Shown piece after piece: positions 24,101 through 36,613 of a stretch of 64,000 nt of DNA. The stretch covers positions 18,662,001-18,726,000 of the forward strand of contig JBHGNT010000014.1 of the NCBI GenBank assembly GCA_043228905.1. The letters run 5' to 3'. Both the position numbers and the translations under genes were made by a program. The notes beneath the pieces were generated by a model. The model was not told the origin of the DNA, did not search any database, and saw nothing but the letters and a program-made list of their open reading frames with translations. Within the stretch, counting starts at the first letter, position 1. Each line of letters begins with the position of its first letter. Source of the DNA: Azolla caroliniana (Eukaryota; Plantae; Polypodiophyta).

Positions 24101-25474
24101 AATTGTCGGACCATATCAACCAAATATATGATTGAGATTATCTGAATTCATCATAATTATTTATTATTGCTAGATCTTACCACCTTGATGATATGCAGAT
24201 TGTTATCAAAATATTTTGTTTATTGTTGTAGAAGCTTATCACCTCGACGACCCCGCAATTCGACTTCTCCACGAAGGTCTTCATGGAACCGTAGCCGCAC
24301 GTCATCTCCCAAACGTGAAAGGGGGGCATCACCACACACATTAAATGGGTATGCAATACTCTATGTGGTTTTGGAGGAGGTTGTCAGAAAATATCAACCT
24401 AATGTATTGTGCAAAATATCATCGTAATTATTGGTTAATGACGAACCTTATCATGTTGACAGTATGCAGATTGTAATCCTAATAACTATTTTATTATTGT
24501 AGAAGCTTATCACCTCGACGACCTCGCAATTTGACTCCTACACGAAGGCCTTCACGGAATCGTAGCCGCTCGTCATCTCCCAAACGTGAACGTGGAGGAT
24601 CACCACACACATTAAATGGGTCTGTAATATATTTATTATATGTTTTGTAGGCAGTTGTCAGACTGTATTAGCTGAATATATAATCTGATATCATGAAAAT
24701 TATCTTCCCACCAACTCATTATTTTATTGCTGTAGAACCTTATCACCTTGTCGACCCCACAATTTGTCTCCTCGGAAGGCAAGGAACCGTAGCTCCTCCC
24801 TATCACCCAAACGTGAACATGAAGTGTCACATGGGTATGCTATTAAATATATGTATATCAACATTCTTTTATTAACAGTTTCAAGCAACTGATATCCAGA
24901 AACATGGCAGAGCTCCAAAATACGAGAAAAAGAGACCACAGAGCCGTAGCTGCTCACGATCTCCTAAACATGAAGCATCACCGCATACAAATGGGTATAT
25001 GCAACATAATAAGTATGTCAACATTTGTTTAATAAAGGTTTGAAGTACCTGACATCTAAAAAAATGGCAGAGATACAAAATATGAGAGACAGAGGCCAAA
25101 GAGCCAGAGCAGCTCGCCATCTCCTAAGCTTGAACATGAAGTATCACCCCATACATTATATGGGTATGAAATGTATTAATTATAATGAAATATATTAATT
25201 ATATAAACGTTCTTTTGAAGTATTGAAGTAACTGATATCCATAAATGTGGCAGATCTTCAAAATACGAGAGGCCACGGAGCCATAGCCCCTCGCCATCTC
25301 TGAAACATGAACGTGAAGCATCACCACATACATTAGATGGGTATGCAACATAATATCTCTATAAAAGAACACTGAAGATTTCAAGTAACTGATATCTAGG
25401 AATATGGTAGGCCTTCAAAATGCGAGAGACAGAGCCCAAGACGCAGCAGAAGTCACAGTAATGATGCAGCTTGA
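21122..25474 (+). CDS. RSZ: RSZ-subfamily SR splicing factor (RRM + CCHC zinc knuckle + RS domain) with eight tandemly duplicated RS exons; 425 aa if all are included
   Basis: Exons 21122-21210 ([26 protein letters not shown]), 22235-22323 ([17 protein letters not shown]), 23116-23320 ([32 protein letters not shown]). Cassettes 23691-23807, 23953-24069, 24232-24348, 24503-24619, 24736-24834, 24911-24994, 25071-25163 and 25254-25340. Terminal exon 25411-25474. All are GT-AG and in frame (1278 nt). Confidence 0.93.
22430..22570. repeat. Intronic tandem repeat ~53 bp x2.5
   Basis: TTAATATTGAAAATAGT..GGTTTTGAACATGAAAA.. repeated in RSZ intron 2. Confidence 0.8.
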
Positions 25475-28328
25475 ATTCGTTTCATTCATAAATATGGTAC
25501 GCATGTCTTGGTTCTGATATGAGTACTGTGGATGTTGGGGAAATGAAGATGTTCTCTAGTATCATGCAGAATCATACGCCACTGATGATAATGTTTGAAT
25601 GGATTTCTATCATATGCGTCCCACAAGTTTAGTCTCTTGGATAAGGATGTGGAAGAACTACTCAACACATAAAGCTAGCTCCTGAGTTATAGGTTTGTTA
25701 ACAATTCTCGAGATTTTCTGGATGTGCTTGTCGAGTACTACTAATTGCTTTCTTTTGTTTTATTACTTGGATGGAGCAGTAACTGTGTTTAACATTATGT
25801 ATCATAAAGTGGAGTTTTGATCGTGAGTAATGCAGTATAATTGAATTGCTACTTAGTCTACTTTTCATAATTTGCAATAGGGTAATTTCCTAATTACTCT
25901 CTTCTTCATGATTTTGGCATTGTATCAGTGGGGTGCTTCCCATGAGATTTATGCTTCAAAAGGTCATGTATTATGTATTGAAATTAGCACTTACGAGTCA
26001 ACGCATCTTGTCAGGGCAATTTGTAAATTGGATGAAGGGGGGGATCATAAGATAATGTAGAATGAACTACCAAGGGTCAGCAAAATTCTGAAGACTCTTT
26101 GAATTGGGGTTACTATTAATCATACTGATGCTTTCATGATCCTGGAGATTTGACGTGCATGCTAAAAGAGCACAAGCCTAACAATGCGATGGAACAACAG
26201 ATCTTGTGTTGAATAAATGTGTTTGGTAAGAGATGGCAGTAAAATTAGAAAGTGGTTGAGTCTAATCATGTGTATAAATGAAGTTGTTGGTAACCCTTTT
26301 TTGTACTTCAATGACAACGATATTTTAAGATGGTTTATGTTCAACTGACTAATTAACAATACCATTGATGACTTACAAGCATGGTAGATATTGTGCTGCA
26401 TGTAAAGCTGTCTATATCATAGAGATACAACTTTATGGCATGGAGATGTGCTGTGTTTATGTTTATGACATGGAGATCTTGCATAGAAGTGTTTTATGAA
26501 GATTGCAATGAGAATGATGATATGCTAGCTTTGAAATGGTGGCAGTGTAAATATACGATGATGTGTCTGTTTACTATGAATAAAAAATAGACCTTAACTG
26601 AGTAATTGATTATTTTCTTTACTTCTCCACAATACCCCTACTGGCTAGTGTTTTGACCTGGGGCATTTTAATGAAATGCTGAAAAGTAAGGAATTCAAGA
26701 AAATTTGAGGTGGTTACCTTAATATCATCGAAGGAGAAATAATTTGATGGCAATTTTTTTAATGATGTCATGGTTGAGCATTGGGATTAGATGATGAGAT
26801 GTTATATATCTGCTTGACAGTGCATTTGCTTGCATCCACTTTAATATAGAGCTTGATGTCCATTAGTAGAAGAATTTCTTGTAATATGCATAAGAGTGCA
26901 AACACTTGATGTCCTTTTGCTACTAATCTTCCCAAATCTGTTTGAAAATGTTAAACTTTAGATACAAATACAATTTATACATTCAAAGCTGGTTGTGATT
27001 TCAAGGTAAATTTGAACTATTTGTACAAATAACACTGTTGGCAATATATTCATAACAAAAGGTATGACAACTATTGCTCCTTGCATCTGGTGTCTTTTTG
27101 TCTTAAATTTTCTTTCTTTATTCTGCCCATAAAATTTAATAATGGGAAGTTTGTGATACTATGGGAAATGATATTTTGCATGTGCATATGTGGGTGTATG
27201 CCATTTGTAAAATCCTTTCTCTTTGTGAATTAGTGAATGAACAAGACGCAACTTTTTCATGATTCCATGTATATTCAATTAATTATTTTTTTTCCAAAAA
27301 ACATGTATATTCAAACTGCTTCTCCATGTTTTACTATTCTAGAAATAAAAGCTCTTGGATCCTCATCAAAACTAAAGTTCATAAAATTAGATGGACGTAT
27401 TAAATTTTTTTATCCTAGCATATCACTGTTTAACGATTTCTAATTTTGAAACGAAGATAGAAATATAACGATATGAGCATGTAATTGATTCCTTAGGTTT
27501 TTCAAAACCATGAAACCAAAAATTTGTTGTAGCCCTAAGAAGTTGTGAGGGACTTGTAACATAGTTTTCATCCAGCGGTCGAGAAATTTGTTACATTAGG
27601 ATTTTGGTATTCCTCGATAATCTTTTTTATCATTTGTCGTTTGATTTTAGTAAAACTTTGAACCTTTGAAACTAAAACTAATGAAATATGAATACATATA
27701 AGTTCTTAACAGTGGGTTTATTGAAAACATATTTCACTACCATAGGCAACCACGTGTCTAGAGTTCAAATAAGATGTTCCTTGTTTTGGCAACATGAACA
27801 TGAACTTCCCTCAACATAAGAGGTCCGACTTCAAACAGTTTAAATGAGTCACATGGCCTTCACATTGTTGCCAAACCTATGCCTTTTTTCCATCATCGTT
27901 CCAAAACCTACACGTTGCCAAGTTAAAAAAGCAATTGGGCCTCATCATCATGTCTAGGTTGTCCAGTGGGTATCCTAATCAAAAGGCATATTAGCCCTAG
28001 GGCAATAAGATGGGACGAGGTTTGCCATTAGCCATGCAATCATCACACCATTTACAATATCCCACACTATACTACTCTCTAATTCTCAAGACGTTTTGAT
28101 ACAAACAATTTCAACAACTCGCTTACCAAAAAGAGTTATTTATGGAATTTTCGTTGTTGATCGGACCATTACTCATATCAACGATTGAGTTTTTGGGATA
28201 ATAACTAACCTGTCTGGCCATGCGCAATCATAAGGATATACAAAAAAAATGGAATGGATTGGAAAATGAGACAAATTTTTTTAGCAATCAATTATGTATA
28301 ATGAATCTATCTGAATCAATTCATCAAG

Positions 28329-28453
28329 TACTACCACTACTGCTACTACTACCATACTAGTGCCACTACTACTACTACTCTACTATTACTACTACTACCG
28401 CCGCCGCCACCAATATCAATACTAGTAACTACTTCTACTACTAGCACTATTAG

Positions 28454-28509
<56 letters not shown>
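28329..28509. repeat. (ACT)n-like plus (CT)n microsatellites
   Basis: Imperfect ACT/ACC repeat at 28329-28445 and perfect (CT)n at ~28457-28509. Confidence 0.95.
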
Positions 28510-28512
<3 letters not shown>

Positions 28513-28855
28513 GTAAAAGCACACAATTATATTAATTGAATGTAAAATCCACTCTACCTATCTTATGCCTATGTAGAGAGAGGGACGTCCTATAATGCCA
28601 TTAAAAAAACTGAATATGCATTTGAGGAAATGACCCCCCACATGCTCTAACATCCAAAAATTCCACATGAGAATACCTTTCTGCGTCTTTATATAGGCTT
28701 TCACCCCATGTCTATTATCAAACATGAAAGCATTACGCATGTTCCAATTGTGTTGTAGACCCCAACAACGTAAAAATAGGAACAATATCTCCATCTCATA
28801 ATTTGAACCATTTTGAACATATTGAGAAAAAAACCATTGTTGACATCTCAAACAA
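28510..28855 (-). mobile_element. L1 3' remnant ending at the (CT)n/(GA)n tract
   Basis: Translation LFLRCWGLQHNWNMRNAFMFDNRHGV resembles YLRYWGMWFNWTMRNGFLFDGLHGV of the other L1 copies. Confidence 0.75.
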
Positions 28856-29307
28856 CAACAGGTTTTCTTTTTTTTCTCTTCTTTTTTTTCGTAAATGTAT
28901 GTTTATATTAAAAGTTAAAACAATCATGACAATACAAAAAACCTTGCTATCAAAACTACGGGTTCATCCAACAATGGTCGTCCTCCCCCTTTATTGAGTC
29001 GGTGGATAAGATCGACCTATCGTGTCCCTATAGGGATTTGTATATACTAATCTCATATGTAAAATTTTATAACTAATGGAACGAGTTTTTTTTGGGAAAA
29101 AAAAAAACTAGGGGTTCTCTCTTTCTCAGTTCTCTACTAATGTAAGTTTGCTTGGCGAATCAATAGAAATGATCCAACCTCAACCTCGTTTGGTTGCTCC
29201 AATCATACGCTGCCACCTGTCGCAACCCTCCCCCATTGTCGGAAAATACCTTCTTCCACCTCAGGAAATGAACTGCTTTCTCTTTTTCCCGCTTCGCCAA
29301 CGTCTCG

Positions 29308-29379
<72 letters not shown>

Positions 29380-29634
29380 AAGAAAGAAAGATATATTAAC
29401 GTCTTCTAAGGCCAAAATTGGCCCATGAGACAAATAGTTTACAACAAAAATGGGATATTTACCCATTCATCGAAGTAAAAATAAAAATAAGATGAAAAAT
29501 AGAGTTTAAGCTAAATAGTTCTAAAAAATAACAAACATGTTTTATATAGAAACATGTTCTACTACAATGAAAATGGTGTTATACAATTGTTATTTTCATT
29601 TCCATCCAAGTCTCTCGAAGAGAGAGAACACGTA

Positions 29635-32600
29635 ATGGCAACGAAGGTCGCCGGCCCTTCTTCTTCTTCGCTCAGATTTGGCCATGGCCGCCCTCAGATT
29701 CTTCTTCTGCAGCATTTTGTGACACCATTCCTTCACCATCTCCACCTCCGATCTTCCTCTACTACCTCTTCTTCTTCGGTAGCTGTACACTGGCTCGCCA
29801 TCTCCACAGGTACCATGAACAATTGCTCCGATCCTCTCTTTTCATCCATTTCATTTGATACCAGGCATCGGAGGCTCTCGCTATCTCTCATTTCTCGCCA
29901 TATGTATTATTCATAAACAATGGCCAGGTTAACTCTGAATCATTTGCTTTTGCGTTTCCTTGCAGACATCTTAAGTCGTCTCCATGATGATCTTCTGCTT
30001 TCCTACTCAGGAGCTCCTGAATATGAACAAACTGAAGAAATGAGAATGGCAGAGCAGCTTCTCCAAGCGGTGAAATAAATGCTTATATACCGCCTTCCAT
30101 TGAGTTTTAATTTTGATTGTGAATTGTCACTGTTATTTTGATGTCATCATTTCTTCCTTCCTTTGCAATGGTAAATATCTTATTATTCTGTCCTGCTATC
30201 TTGTAGTCTCTCACTAATTATTTCTCTTCGTTGTCATCATCAATTATCAAATGATGCATTCCCTTCTTTTGGTATGTTTACTGCCTTATGCGTTTGGCAA
30301 ACAAGGTGGTGATGGTCAACAACTGTTTATATGTGATTTTAGTTCTCTCCTTTGTCATGCTATTTATTTATTCCCTCCATTGTCATCTCAATCATATCAT
30401 TATTTATTCCGTCCTTCCTCATGCTAATTTCTCATTGTATATTTAGGCCCGCCTTTTACATGCTAATCATCTCATGATTTCTATCCCTTCCTTTACCATG
30501 TTAGCTCATATCGTTGTTAACTAATCTCAGTATCATTTTTATCCCTTCTTGATCATCAGCTCTACAACCATCGCTTTACTCTTTTTAAAACCGAGCCTTG
30601 TGCCTCACTATATGTGAGAATCGTGCAGAAGCTATGGGATTTTGAAGACCAAGGCTTTATTTTACGTAGGTAAATGCTTTTCAAAACCTATTAGAAATTC
30701 TGATACTAAGGATGCTTTCTAACCATAAACAAAAGACTTTACTCTCTTTTTTCTACAGTTCTCTTATCAATGATCTTGCTTTACGAGCTTTGCTTGAAAC
30801 ACATTGTATCAAATCCTGCCGAGGTCTCATGACCTTAGCACTCCAAAGCATGTTCATTACCTCCTCTCAGGAAAACAAAGCAATATTAGGTAAGAACAAA
30901 GTAGTGTTTGGCAAAAGCAAAGCACCTCCACCAAATTAAGAAAGCTAGATCAGGTTATAAGCCGAAGAATATTAGGCTATTATTCAAGAAAACAAACAAA
31001 TATTTATTCAAGCAAAGATTGGAAAACCAGAACCTTTAGATTCTTGGCCAAATATTTCTTGAGTGGAAAAGAAGGATCTTTTGCATCCTTCAGACTTTGA
31101 ATATCAAAACACTCCAAGAAAGCAATTAATTATCGGTTAAGAAAAAACTTCCTTCTGTTGTGTAGCCAAAGATTCATTCTTTTAGAATCTTGCGCATCTT
31201 TATGAAACAAAGCTTTGATGAACTTGGACAAGAAGAAGAAACTAAGCTTCCATTAAGAAGAAAACTAAATATTAGCCACATAAACCTTCCTTCTTTTTGG
31301 ATTTTTCATCATCCATGATGAACATCATTTTGGTAGAAGATTTTAACAATAATTGCCTGCAGTGGATGCTGTGCTAGGTGCTGCGTGTGCTGAGAATGAA
31401 TTTGTGAATTTATGGACCGTCGCCATAGTTGATGGTGTTGGAAAATCTACGTTGCGATTAAATGTGGTTGAACTAGCTCTAATCGACAAGGTTTCCTACT
31501 CGAAAATTTTCTTTCCTGAGGACAAATGATGTTTCAGAAATACTGATTCTGGGAATTTCAGTTTTTAACATTAAGCTTGTTGTTTTAAAGCCTTGTGAGG
31601 CCTTGTTGTTGTTAAAAATATTGTTGTCAAAGGTGTTGCTTTGGTTGTAAAAAATGTTCTTTTGAAATATTGAAGCTGTTCTATTTGTTCGTATTGTTAT
31701 CAAAATCAGTGCAAATCAGATGATCTTATTATGAATCAGAAGACTCGGAGATTACTGCTATGCTGCATCAAATCGGCTTCATCTTGCTAGTATATTTGTC
31801 ACAACATGCCGTTGACAGTGCAATTTCAAGTCTTTGTCTGGTTATTTAGTTTCCAATTGTTGTTGCTTTGACATGTGGAAGCTCTTTCAACTCTGAAAAT
31901 ATGAGACACGCACTCTGTGAGAGAATAAACTATGCAAGCAGTCAGATATCATTATCATATATCAGGCAAGTTCTACAGTATATCAGAATTTGAACATATA
32001 TGCAAATGAAAATGCATATTGTTTGAAGATTCGTTAGTTAGTGATAGGAACTTTAGCCTTCCTTATACATATATTCTCAGTTATTTATTGAATGGTATAC
32101 CAACTAGTCTGGTTAGTGTTTGTAAATACTTTCAGAGCTTTTAGTGTTTGTAATTTTTGTTTGGCCATTCTTCAGGTTCCTCCAAGATGTTTCTCAAGTG
32201 GATAATGTGGACACCATGGTCTATATAAAACACTGTAACCTCTTTGTCTGAATCATACTTTTTGTTTTTGATAAGAACCAAAAGGTGTTCATGAAAACTG
32301 TCCTTCCTGTGTGTTTTTACGAAATAGGGTTTTCCCTTGCAACCATCTACGATTAACGTGCATTCAGCGCTAATATGCAGATGCATTATGAGAATTATGT
32401 ATATGCATAATAGGCATATTATATGTGTAACTCTATAGACAGAAATACACATATGATACTATATACATGTATGTTGATGAATTGATTGATATATAAATAT
32501 ATATTTATCAATGGATGTGTGGATGAATATGTTACGCTGTATCTGCATTTACCTATATTAAAAGATCAAAATTTGAACCTCCTGAAACTTATAGGGTTTG

Positions 32601-33706
32601 AGAATCCTAGAAATGTGAATTTGAAATTTGTAGAAGAAAATATCAAAAAGACATTTTGTTCATATTCAAGAAACGTCAGCAAATGTTTGGTCAAAGTACA
32701 ACCGTTGTAGCCACAGCATGTTTTAGTCCATTTTGGAAATTAGGTAAATTTGTAATTCTACATATAATGCTTTTTAGATGAACCGTTGTTTACATTTATA
32801 AAATTACGTGGAGACACCAGAATCTTTGCTAGTTTTTTTTCAGATTTGTCTCTTTTAGTAAAAACAAATTGTAATCCTTCAAATAATGCATTTCAAAAGA
32901 AGTGTTGTTTACAGTTATAAAGCTCCTCGGGGAGAGGAAATCCTTTGATGTAGCTGTCCAAACTGCAATTTATAATGCCATCGATCAGTTAAAGCAGAGA
33001 AGTGCCGTAAATGTATACAAGGTAGGGATGGGTTATATAACATTATATACTTCAGTTTACCATGTATGTCTAATCAATTTCTTCCCATGCATAGGAGCCC
33101 TACCTTGAGATTTTTTCTAAGAAGTGGATTATCTGAGGATTCCCATGGAATGGAAAGTGTAATTATATATAACCTAAATAGAGGTATTCTTTGAAACCGT
33201 CTTTCAGAAACATGGGACACCATTATATGATATCATGTGAATGATAACAGCGACAACCAAATTGAATTCTTTGTCTGGACAAGTAAAACTTCTTAAAGCT
33301 TCAATGTATATAAGGTCTCGGAAAAAACAGTAAAAAATGGAATATAATTAGTCATGTAGTATCTTAGATATGCTAACATGAAAAGTCCAATCCAAAATTA
33401 CTTCTATGGATCTTGCCTCTAATGACTGATCTTACATATGTTCTAATGCTGACCTGAATAAAACTACTTAGATGTTCAAATACTGCAATACACATATGAG
33501 TCTTAAACTTTTTCTGTTACAGCAAAGCTGTACCTGTGAGTGATAGACCCAGATGTCGAAGTAACAGAAATTGATTTGATACATCTTAGCTCAACTATGA
33601 TCAATAAACTTCTTTTGTTGACAGATTTATTTATTTGCCTTCTGATGTGTAGGTTGAAATGGACATGATTCTAAAGGATGGGTTGCTATGGCAAAGCACA
33701 CAATGA
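29635..33706 (+). CDS. Hypothetical ~180-aa protein with a Ser/Arg-rich transit-peptide-like N-terminus, ~6 exons
   Basis: Exons 29635-29809, 29966-30069, 30629-30669, 32176-~32234 (donor uncertain), 32915-33021 and 33653-33706 with GT-AG borders. Product: MATKVAGPSSSSLRFGHGR..STDILSRLHDDLLLSYSGAPEYEQTEEMRMAEQLLQAKLWDFEDQGFILRRFLQDVSQVDNVDTM..IKLLGERKSFDVAVQTAIYNAIDQLKQRSAVNVYKVEMDMILKDGLLWQSTQ*. No family recognised. Confidence 0.65.
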
Positions 33707-34699
33707 TGTTAGACAAGGGCCGCCATTGCAAAAACCTAACTGAGTTATTCTATATATAGTAGACATTGTCGGAAATCTAACTGTAGAGTGGTGGTGTGTG
33801 CCTATATATTAACAAAACATTCCTCGTCTAACCAGCTCTACTGGCAACGACCCACATCTTCACTGCATTAGTTTTGCATCACACATACATAATCTTAACT
33901 GAAACTTCTTGGAATAGCAAAATTACTTTTCTACTTCTTTTATATGGTGCAACGTTGAGAGAGCGTCAATATGTGAAGATCTTATGATAGGTGCACTCGT
34001 AAACAAACCACATGCTAAGGTAACCTTTTAGATGAAGTGGGAAAGTCATCTAGGTTGTCATACTTGCTAGAACGTAGCATTTTTGCTCTAATCTTGAGGA
34101 AAACCCATGTGAGCTAGTTGTGAAACCCCTATGTGAATTTTAAGTAGAATGTTGACAAACCAACAATGGAAGACACCTTGAAGGAATGCAAGGACAATAG
34201 AAGCTACCAAGAAAGTGCTGCTTATTGATTTTAAATGTAGGATTAGATTTGAAAAGAACTAAAGTGGAGAAGAGTTGCTTTATTAAGAGAAAAATTCATG
34301 TGCATGTCAAGTGTATATGGCTAAATATTTGAAATTGGGCTCAAAATATGTAGGGGCGCACGTTTTCCATGAAAATCCACAAGAATCTAAGAGATAGAAG
34401 ATCAGCTTGAAGAAACCAAACACCAAATGTTTACGCTTTTCTCCCACCCAATATTTGTGACACACTGTTTAGTGATTGATTGAGGTATAACAAAGAAATT
34501 TTGAGCTAATCTTATAGCATGGACATTAGACAACCATACATGTGTACAAGGGCTTAATGATCCAAGCAATCCCCCATGTGTAACGTCGATGAATAAAGCC
34601 ATGGCACAAACGGAATGAATTTTCATTGCCTCGTATTTGTGATTTTTTCTACGAATTATGTAGTGATACATTAAACAATGAATTGAAAGGATAAAAAAC

Positions 34700-35595
34700 A
34701 TGTTAATGATGGGCTTCATAAATGACACATTGGGGGGTCTCAACTTTGCATTTGAAAGCCTATTGGAGATGGATTTGGTCATTCAAGGGGCCAACTAAAT
34801 TTATTCTTGTCAGATGGCTATTAGTGCATATGACCTTACCAGTTGGTCACTCATTGAATGGGAATGTAACACCCAATCTTCGACAATGTGACTTTTTCCA
34901 TGAAGCGTAGGAGACTGTCCAAGCATGCCCTTTGGTCATGTTCCTTGGCTCAACAAGTATGGAATAAAGTTCTTTCATTATTTTTAACAATCAATGTCGG
35001 TTGCCTATTTTCATGGGGATCAGCAATGTGGGGAGTGTTACATTCTAGTTTGATGTTGTATGAGGCAAACAATGTTCAAGAGGCAATGATGGTACATAAT
35101 AGAAGATTGATATTGGTCAACCCCTTTCAACAACCTCAAAAGCAGGTGCGATCTGTCCAGATATGGAAATGTCGATGCAATCGACGTTATGATGCAACAT
35201 ATCAGTGTCTCTCAGATGTCTTGTGTGAGATATGGGAGAACTTGGTGGCAGTAGTCCGCGGCCAATATGACAACATGCATGGTTCACCAAAGACTTTGAA
35301 TAAGAGAAAGAAGAAGCTCCTTCACTATAGAAAAAGTTACCCCTATTTTCCGAGTCAACTCAAGGGCCTCAATGGAACTATCAACTTCCTTGGACCGTTT
35401 CTTGAATATTAGTGAAGCACGGCAAAGTGCAACAATAAATTTGTATACCTTTTACAAAGTTCTAGCTTTGTTCTTAGGAATATCATATATCATTGTACAT
35501 GAAAATTGTAAGCTTTTGGGCACATAAGCTTGAGTTGTAGCATTCACATGTTTTTCTTAATACTAATGAGGAAAATCTTTGAAGAAAAAAAAAAC
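34700..35595 (+). mobile_element. L1-type LINE 3' remnant (zf-RVT region) with A-tail
   Basis: WRWIWSFKGPTKFILVRWLLVHMTLPVG..C..C..HALWSCSLAQQVWN..IWKCRCNRRY, ending in GAAGAAAAAAAAAA near 35590. Confidence 0.75.
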
Positions 35596-36312
35596 ATGTT
35601 AATGATGGATTTTTATGTGGCTATGATTAACTACATATCACATTTGAAGGGAATGATGTCTGAGATCTTATGGGAGGAAAGGCCTCAAAATAAAGGAAAG
35701 TGCACGTGCCCACCTACCATTCTAAGGCAAAATTGATGCGTATTTGGCACCATCGATATGAATGGAAGTGACACAACTATTGTGCCCATATAAAACCACA
35801 AAGAGGATCGTAACATAGAAGTGGGGAACTAGCAATAAATAGAGCAAAGAGAAGTAAATGAGCGAATGAGATTTTTGGTTTGGTGTAGATACTCCAAGAA
35901 TAGTTAATATAGATAATAGAACCAAAAAAAATCTTCAAGTGCGACGTCATAATAAAAAACATTCAAATTATATAAATATTTGATTTTAAAAAAGTCACTC
36001 GTTTCATTAAAAAATAAAGAAATCTTTACTTTGTCATGGAATAAGCGCCTCCTTTCCATGAGGATACTAAGCTCTGGCATTTTGAGATTTACCGATTATC
36101 TCACAATCTCAAGTCCAATTCTAGCCTACCATAGCTCTTTCCACCTTACGAAATTCTCAAGCCTTTATGTGATTTGATTAGTTCCTTCCTGTCAACCTTG
36201 AGGCCATGAAGGAATTCAAATTGCATGAAGTCTATTCCATATTATTTGTTCTTTTGTTTGATGGATGATTGGCAGTGTATACCTTGTTACCATACGAGAT
36301 GTACAAATATTT

Positions 36313-36505
36313 GAGTGTTATGAGTGAGGGTGAAAGATTATAGTGTTGTGTGAATGTCTAATGTATATGATTACGAGTGTGAGTATTGTGTAAGTGTGGA
36401 GATTCGAGTGTTATGAGTAAGGGTGAAAGATTATAGTGTTGTGTGAATGTCTAATGTATAGGATTACGAGTGTTAGTGTAAGTGTGAGTATATGTGTAAG
36501 TGTGG
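36313..36505. repeat. GT-rich tandem duplication (~90 bp x2)
   Basis: GAGTGTTATGAGT(G/A)AGGGTGAAAGATTATAGTGTTGTGTGAATGTCTAATGTATA.. occurs twice. Confidence 0.85.
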
Positions 36506-36613
36506 GAACATGTGCATGTGTGTGGACATATAGGAAAGGGTGTGAGTGAGTGATATGTGTGGATGGCTAAAGGGGAATGCACCCCTCTGTATCTAACCCC
36601 TCATTATACTATT

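Noticed and set aside
23691-25340. Repeat-spacer pattern resembling a CRISPR array
   Set aside because: The repeats are 84-117-nt coding exons with splice sites, and the 'spacers' are homologous introns.
30207-30271. Extra exon in the unknown gene (TAG...G|GTATG)
   Set aside because: Contains a stop in the required frame. Exon 2 joins 30629-30669 in frame without it.
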